DNA of 58,254 nucleotides from Euprymna scolopes (Eukaryota): NCBI GenBank assembly GCA_053919585.1, contig JBSSHM010000319.1; one strand, 5' to 3'. Shown piece by piece: positions 53,520 to 58,254 of this stretch (position 1 is its first letter; each line of letters starts with the position of its first letter). The notes under the pieces were generated by a model. It saw only the letters and a program-made list of their open reading frames with translations, ran no database searches and was not told where the DNA came from. The position numbers and the translations under genes were made by a program.

Positions 53520-55806
53520 ATGGTTCAATCCCATATCATAGGCTTACCTAGAGTAGGTAAATATAGAGAATTAAAATTTGCCTTAGAAAGTTACTGGAAA
53601 GGCAACTCAACGGAGCAAGAGCTAAGAGAAGTTAGTCAAACCATTCGCCAAAATAACTATCAATGGCAAAAAGACTCTAATATGGATTACATCACTGTTG
53701 GCGATTTTTCCTTTTATGATCATATCTTAGATGTATCTTTACTTTTTAACATCATACCTAGCCGTCATCAAAAAGTACTTAGCAATCCACAGTCATGGTT
53801 AGATAAAATGTTTTTAATTGCACGTGGAAGAAACGTCAGTGGTGATGAAGAAAGTGCCGGTGAGCTTACTAAGTGGTTTGATACTAATTATCACTACATT
53901 GTTCCTGAATTTGAAGATAACTTAAAAATTGAACTTAATTGTGATTTCCTACTGGAACAAATCAATGAGGCAAAAGCCTACGGCAAAGTAAAAGTTGCCC
54001 TAACTGGTATTCTAACTTATCTTTGGTTAGGTAAAACTAAAGGTGGTTTTGATAATAAGCTAGAATTATTTGAACAATTCAAACCTCATTATCAACAACT
54101 AATTGATCAAGTTACTAAGGCTGGTGCTGAAGTTGTGCAAATAGATGAGCCATGCTTAGTGCAAGAGCTACCCAAGGAATGGATAAAAGAAGCACAAAAC
54201 TTTATAATCAGTTGAATTTTGGCTCGGCAAAATCTTTGCTGACAAGTAGCTATGAACAACCGGACATTTCATTACAAGAATACTTTTCTTTTAATTTTAA
54301 TGGTTTTCATATTGATTGCAGTATCAGTCAACCATCTCTCAAAGATGTGACTAACAATCTACCAGAAAATAAATTTTTATCGCTAGGTTTTATCAGTGGT
54401 AGAAATATTTGGAAAAGTGATTTATCAAAGGTTATTGAACATACAAAAGAATTTGCAGATTCCTTAGGTTCATCACTTTGGGTAAGTACATCATGCTCTT
54501 TACTACACTGCCCAATTGATTTAGATTTAGAAGAAAACTTAAATGCAGAGGTAAAAAATTGGTTAGCATTTACCAAACAAAAATTATTTGAGATTAGTGC
54601 TGTAAAAGCGGTATTAAATCATAGCAATACCAGTCAAACAGATGATTACTTGCAACAAAACCAAGAAGCTATTAATCAGCGTAAGACTTCTGCACTAACC
54701 AATAATAATGCAGTTAAAAATAGATTAAAAAATATTAGTCATAGCGATATAACAAGAGACAATGAGTTTCCTGTACGCATTAACAAGCAACAAGAAAACT
54801 TTAATCTACCTCTATTACCGACTACCACTATTGGCTCTTTTCCACAAACAAAAGAAATCCGTCAAGCTCGTCAACAGTACAAAAACAATCTTATTAGTAG
54901 CGAGCAATATGCTCAAAGCATGAAAGAAGAAATTTCCCAAAATATTATTAAACAGGAAAAATTGGTATAGATGTTTTAGTACATGGTGAACCTGAAAGAA
55001 ATGATATGGTTGAATACTTTGGTGAACAACTTGAGGGCTATTTAGCTAGCACCTATGGGTGGGTACAAAGCTATGGATCAAGATGCGTCAAACCACCCAT
55101 TATCTATGGTGATGTTGAAAGAACTCATGCAATGACCATTGATTGGATTACTTATGCTCAATCTCTTACAGATAAAAAAGTGAAAGGTATGTTAACAGGA
55201 CCTGTAACCATGTTGCAGTGGTCTTTTGTCAGAGATGATCAACCTAGAGAAGTAACTTGCAAGCAGATTGCTTTAGCTATTTTAGATGAGGTACAAGACT
55301 TAGAAAAAAATGGTATTGACATTATCCAAGTAGATGAGCCCGCTCTAAGAGAAGGACTTCCTCTACGCCAAGATAAGCAACAAGAATACTTAAAATGGGC
55401 AACTGATGCATTTAAATTAGCCACTTCAAATGTTGAGGATACCACTCAAATACACACGCATATGTGTTATTGCGAGTTCAATGATATTATGGACCATATC
55501 ATTGCCTTAGATGCTGATGTGATTAGCATTGAAACCTCTCGCTCACAAATGGAGCTATTAGAAGTTTTCCAAACACATCATTATCCCAACCAAATAGGTC
55601 CTGGTGTGTATGATATCCATTCTCCTCGCATTGCTGATGTTGATGAAATGAAAAACTTGCTACAAAAAGCGACAAACAATATTGATATTGCAAATCTGTG
55701 GGTTAATCCAGACTGTGGTTTAAAAACTAGGGACTGGAAAGAAACTGAAATCAGCTTAGAGAATATGGTTAAAGCCTCACTTTCTCTGCGAGAGCAAATA
55801 CAATAA
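53520..55806 (+). CDS. metE: Cobalamin-independent methionine synthase, interrupted by two one-base frameshifts
   Basis: [58 protein letters not shown] and [11 protein letters not shown]. Shifts lie in A runs near 54195 and 54960. Confidence 0.95.
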
Positions 55807-55818
55807 AATAAATCACTG

Positions 55819-56679
55819 ATGAACACATCAATGAATATTTCAATTGAAATCTTCCCCCCTAAAACTCTTGAGGGGGAGGAAGTTCTTAAAAAAAATCTAC
55901 AAGAAATTAGCTCCATACAGCCACGTTTTATTAGTGTAACTTGCGGAGCTAGTGGTAACCGAAATGTGCAAAATTTTAATATCTGTAAAATGATTACAGA
56001 ATTAAAACTCTCTTGTGTTGCCCATCTTATTTGCCAAGGATTTAGTAAACAAGAGATCAAAGAAAGAATTGGACGCTATCAACAAATGGGCATCAATTCT
56101 GTATTAGCCTTACGAGGCGATGCACTACAAGAAGCTACTGACACAGAGCAACAATTAACATACGCAAAAGATTTAAATAATTTTATCCACCAACACTATC
56201 CAGATATAAATATTTATAATGCTGGATACCCACAAGGACATCAAGATAATTCCTCTCAAGAAAATGACTTTCAGCATCAATTGAATAAACTGCAAACACA
56301 TTCCAAAGGTGTCATAACACAACTTTTCTTTGATAATTCAAAATTTATTCAGTATCATTGTAGATTACGTGAAGCTGGATATAAAGGCGAAATTATTGCT
56401 GGTATTTTCCCAATCACACAAGTTGCACAAATCACTAAAATATCCTCAATGTGTGGAATTTTTTTACCAAAAAAATTAACCAAGAACCTATATCAATATC
56501 AAGATGATCCTAAAAGCATTCTGCAAATAGGTATTGATTATGCCGTAGAACAATGTCTAGAACTTACTGAAAATGGACTACATAACTACCACCTATACAG
56601 CATGAATCAATCGGAGCATATTATTGAAATACATCGACAATTAAAACAACATAGTAGTGCTCCACAGCTAACAGGGTAA
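55819..56679 (+). CDS. metF: 5,10-methylenetetrahydrofolate reductase
   Basis: SIEIFPPK, SVT.GA.G, LALRGD, AGYP..H, ITQLFFD and HLYSMN. Confidence 0.88.
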   Translation: MNTSMNISIEIFPPKTLEGEEVLKKNLQEISSIQPRFISVTCGASGNRNVQNFNICKMITELKLSCVAHLICQGFSKQEIKERIGRYQQMGINSVLALRGDALQEATDTEQQLTYAKDLNNFIHQHYPDINIYNAGYPQGHQDNSSQENDFQHQLNKLQTHSKGVITQLFFDNSKFIQYHCRLREAGYKGEIIAGIFPITQVAQITKISSMCGIFLPKKLTKNLYQYQDDPKSILQIGIDYAVEQCLELTENGLHNYHLYSMNQSEHIIEIHRQLKQHSSAPQLTG

Positions 56680-56684
56680 CATAT

Positions 56685-57619
56685 ATGTTATTCAACCCTC
56701 AAATCTTATCACTAAAAGCACTGAAAACTTTTAAAGAACTAGAGGAATGTGGGTCACTTATTGGCGTATCAAAAAAACTAAACTCCACCTTACCCGCACT
56801 TTCACAACAAATTAAACAGATAGAAGACTACTACCAATGCACTCTTTTTGTACGTAAAAGTAAACCACTTAAGTTTACCGAGCAAGGAAAAACACTTCTC
56901 AAATTAGCTGAACAAGTACTTCCTCTATTTTATGATGCTCATGATCAACTAACCACTCATTCAACTGAAATACCCAATTCCTCATTACATATTGCTTTAG
57001 AATGCCATAGCTGTTACCAATGGCTACTCCCTACCATCAATGACTTTCGATATTATTGGCCAAATGTCGAGATGAATTTATCTTCTGAGTTTAACTTCCA
57101 TCCTTTACCTAAACTTGCTGATGGAACATTAGATTTGGTCATTACTGCTGATCCAGAGAGTGAATTAAATCTCTCCTACATTCCACTCTTTGAATTTGAA
57201 ATGATGGTTGGAGCATCCATTAAAAATCCACTTGCTAATAAAAATTACATTGATGCTGAGGATCTAAAAGGAGAATGCCTAATTACCTATCCTGTTGATT
57301 TTGATAAACTCAGTATTTTTACTAAAATACTTAACCCAGCTAATATCCAACCTAAAAAAATACGAACAACGGAACTCACTCTAATGTTACTTGAATTAGT
57401 AGCTTGCAATCAAGGTATCTGTTGTCTACCTAATTGGGCATTTGATGAATACTACAAGAAAGACATTATTAAAACAATAAAAATGGAAAGAGAGGTGTAA
57501 AGACAACATTATATGTTGCCTTTCATCCAGAATCTAAATACAGTAGATTTATCATTGACTTTATTAACATAGCTAAGAAAAACTCTTCTTTACTGCTAAA
57601 AGATATCAAACCAATTTAG
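56685..57619 (+). CDS. metR: LysR-family regulator MetR, with a probable frameshift near 57485
   Basis: N-terminal HTH and IALECHSCYQWL signature. The ORF stops at 57500, but the shifted frame continues GKRGVKTTLYVAF...DFINIAK... to TAG at 57619, giving a normal LysR length. Confidence 0.88.
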
Positions 57620-57646
57620 AAATTTTACCAATCTACCTACAGCCAA

Positions 57647-58254
57647 TCAGTTTTTCTCTAACCAATGTTGAATTAAATAATAAGCAATAGAATCTTGCTT
57701 AGATATGGAAAACTCATGAAACTCTGTATTTGGCTGACTAAAATTCCTCAACTCATCTGCCTTAAACCATCTTGCATAGTTGATTTCTTTACAATCTACA
57801 GTAAAATCCCAGTTACTAACCGTAGCAATAAAGCCCATCATAAGAGAAGAAGAAAAAGTCCAAGATTGTGACGCAATATAGGTGAGATTTTTAATGGATA
57901 AACCTACCTCTTCCCACACCTCCCTTCGTACAGCATGCTCTATTGATTCACCAACATCAACAAAGCCAGCTAATATTGTAAATATATGCATAGGTAATCT
58001 TTGATGATTTACCAATAAGCACTGTTTTTCATCTTGACTATCATTTTCAATAAGCATAATAACTGCTGGATTAATACGTGGAAAAAAAGTATTTTGACAC
58101 TGCTCACAATAAGTTGACATCCCTCCCCTTTGCAACATTAAAGCATATCCACAAATGCCACAAAATCGAGAATTTTGATGCCAATAAAATAGTCCCAATG
58201 CCAAACTAATCAGTGATTGATGCTCTTGTCCTAATTGATGAAAACAATCCCTAA
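57647..58254 (-). CDS. nudC: NADH pyrophosphatase (5' end outside the window)
   Basis: RFCGICG...CEQC zinc site, FPRINPAVI, Nudix box AGFVDVGESIEHAVRREVWEEVGL and SQSW.F..SLM. Confidence 0.9.
   Translation of the reverse strand, partial: RDCFHQLGQEHQSLISLALGLFYWHQNSRFCGICGYALMLQRGGMSTYCEQCQNTFFPRINPAVIMLIENDSQDEKQCLLVNHQRLPMHIFTILAGFVDVGESIEHAVRREVWEEVGLSIKNLTYIASQSWTFSSSLMMGFIATVSNWDFTVDCKEINYARWFKADELRNFSQPNTEFHEFSISKQDSIAYYLIQHWLEKN

Noticed and set aside
519-56060. Short alternative-frame and antisense ORFs in the track (e.g. 3542..3784, 14856..15173, 40577..40933, 46490..46840, 55581..56060)
   Set aside because: They overlap well-supported genes and show no recognisable motifs, so they are treated as shadow ORFs.
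1-58254. tRNA, rRNA or riboswitch genes
   Set aside because: None recognised by eye in the intergenic regions; a covariance-model scan would be needed to exclude them.

Overview
Mostly core chromosome of an AT-rich gammaproteobacterium. Genes in order: leuA, pssA, nrdBA, metZ, comEC, yciB-ftsQ-ftsA-lpxC, dusA, xseA, ispB, accCB, apbC, dcd, ald, a solitary tyrosine recombinase, sufS-like, xsc-soeABC (sulfonate dissimilation with sulfite oxidation), manC, rpsO-pnp, lgt-thyA-folA, metE-metF-metR and nudC. One accessory island of about 9 kb lies between folA and metE (about 44.3-53.4 kb). It holds a truncated IS5/IS1106-like element, a tandem-repeat and T-tract promoter region, and a very large, probably secreted protein of unknown function (1487+755 aa, probably one gene of about 2230 aa). 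It ends in a 9-repeat CRISPR array whose 36-nt repeat closely resembles Leptotrichia Cas13a (type VI-A) repeats, with no recognisable cas gene anywhere in the window. Other notable points: NrdB has the class Ic (tyrosyl-radical-less, Mn/Fe) residue signature, and ftsZ is absent between ftsA and lpxC. Several single-base frameshifts in short base runs (leuA, folA x2, metE x2, metR, probably the giant ORF) look like sequencing errors. All calls come from reading the sequence and remembered family motifs; no searches were run.
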